Assembly: GCA_963733195.1 (NCBI GenBank)
Contig: CAVTCR010000042.1
Span: 1 to 54,635, forward strand
Direction of reading: 5' to 3'
Length of the DNA stretch: 54,635 bases
Origin: an uncultured delta proteobacterium
GTDB lineage: Bacteria > Desulfobacterota > Binatia > Bin18
Position numbers and translations under genes: made by a program. The notes below the pieces were generated by a model. The model was not told where the DNA came from. It was given only the letters and a program-made list of their open reading frames with translations, and searched no databases. This document shows positions 54,047 through 54,635 of the stretch, one piece after another. Position 1 is the first letter of the stretch, and each line of letters opens with the position of its first letter.

Positions 54047-54635
54047 CTACACAATGGGAAACCGCTAGAATGGGAGGGATGTCACAACGCTACCGGCAAT
54101 CGAACCGCGCGTGCAGAAGCGGGACATGGTTGTGGTGCCACACCCTGGAGGGGCAGCAAAGGACGTAGTGGCAGGGCGGCGAGTCCTGCCTGAGACAGCC
54201 AGGGCATGGGCGGCCACGCAAGGAGCGGGGCGGTTTTATCCCCATCCCCACATTAGTTTGCCCGAGCTAGCGGAGCGGCTGCGGCCCCAGGCCGTGGCCG
54301 CCGGCACGGCAGAGTGTTGGGAGGACGCTTGGGGCAGGCCCGATTGGTCGCGGTTGGGGGACAAGCGGCCTGGCGGGAGACAGGGGCGGATTCTCCTGGT
54401 CCGCGCCGAGGACCTCGGGGAGGAGTTGCAGACTGCCCTGTGGGTAAGTGAACAGCGCGGAGCGCGGTTGGCCCGGCTGTATCTGGGAGGCCGGGAGGCG
54501 CCCGGGGGGCCGAGTAGTCGGCGAGCCTTGCCCGTGCCCGTGTGGGCGCATCTGGACGAGTTGAGGCGCACGAGGGGGGATGGGGAAGGCGTGGGGGTAA
54601 GAAGTGGTTGTCCATCTCGTGGATCGTGAAGCGGA
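54047..54635 (+). mobile_element. decayed IS4-like transposase, running off the window end
   Basis: Eroded motifs AATQGA.RF, DWSRL, G.ELQTAL.VS, and HLVDREA at the window end. Many substitutions. Confidence 0.5.

Noticed and set aside
1-54635. CRISPR array or cas genes
   Set aside because: No run of equal-length repeats with unique spacers was seen. The repeats present are 7-11-bp periodic units, REP-like palindromes or gene-fragment duplications.

Overview
Bacterial window, probably from a Binatota/deltaproteobacterial-type metagenome assembly (inferred from gene content and expanded wHTH/cyclase-AAA-TPR regulators). Indel-type frameshifts are common and patchy, worst at ~4-7 kb, 12.6-14.6 kb, 17.2-18.1 kb and 22-24 kb, so many broken genes may be consensus errors. 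Left part: an IS630 inserted in a CDF transporter gene, a CoA-transferase, a small-subunit/GMC oxidoreductase/SNase-like nuclease trio, amidase, FAD oxidoreductase and Fe-ADH. Middle (18.9-30.1 kb, all minus strand) is the best candidate for an undescribed system. It holds a 278-aa coiled-coil protein, a P-loop-degenerate and an intact DUF2791/BrxD-like ATPase (translationally coupled), a 183-aa unknown protein, a small membrane protein and an SNF2 helicase-Mrr nuclease fusion. No methylase, PglZ or TerB is present, and TA-like pairs and a cyclase-AAA-TPR gene are interleaved. The Mrr-end/TA/ADH-start junction occurs twice, each time with a different TA pair. Right part: core genes (MCC beta, folE, TolC, rnpB, zinc-ribbon protein, tRNA-Ile2, dnaG without rpoD, rpsU, ClC channel), a YncE/diheme cytochrome c peroxidase locus with a divergent wHTH-AAA-TPR regulator, and a decayed IS4-like element. 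REP-like palindromes and 7-8-bp periodic repeats are common, including in-frame inside genes. All family assignments are by eye from motifs; no searches were run.
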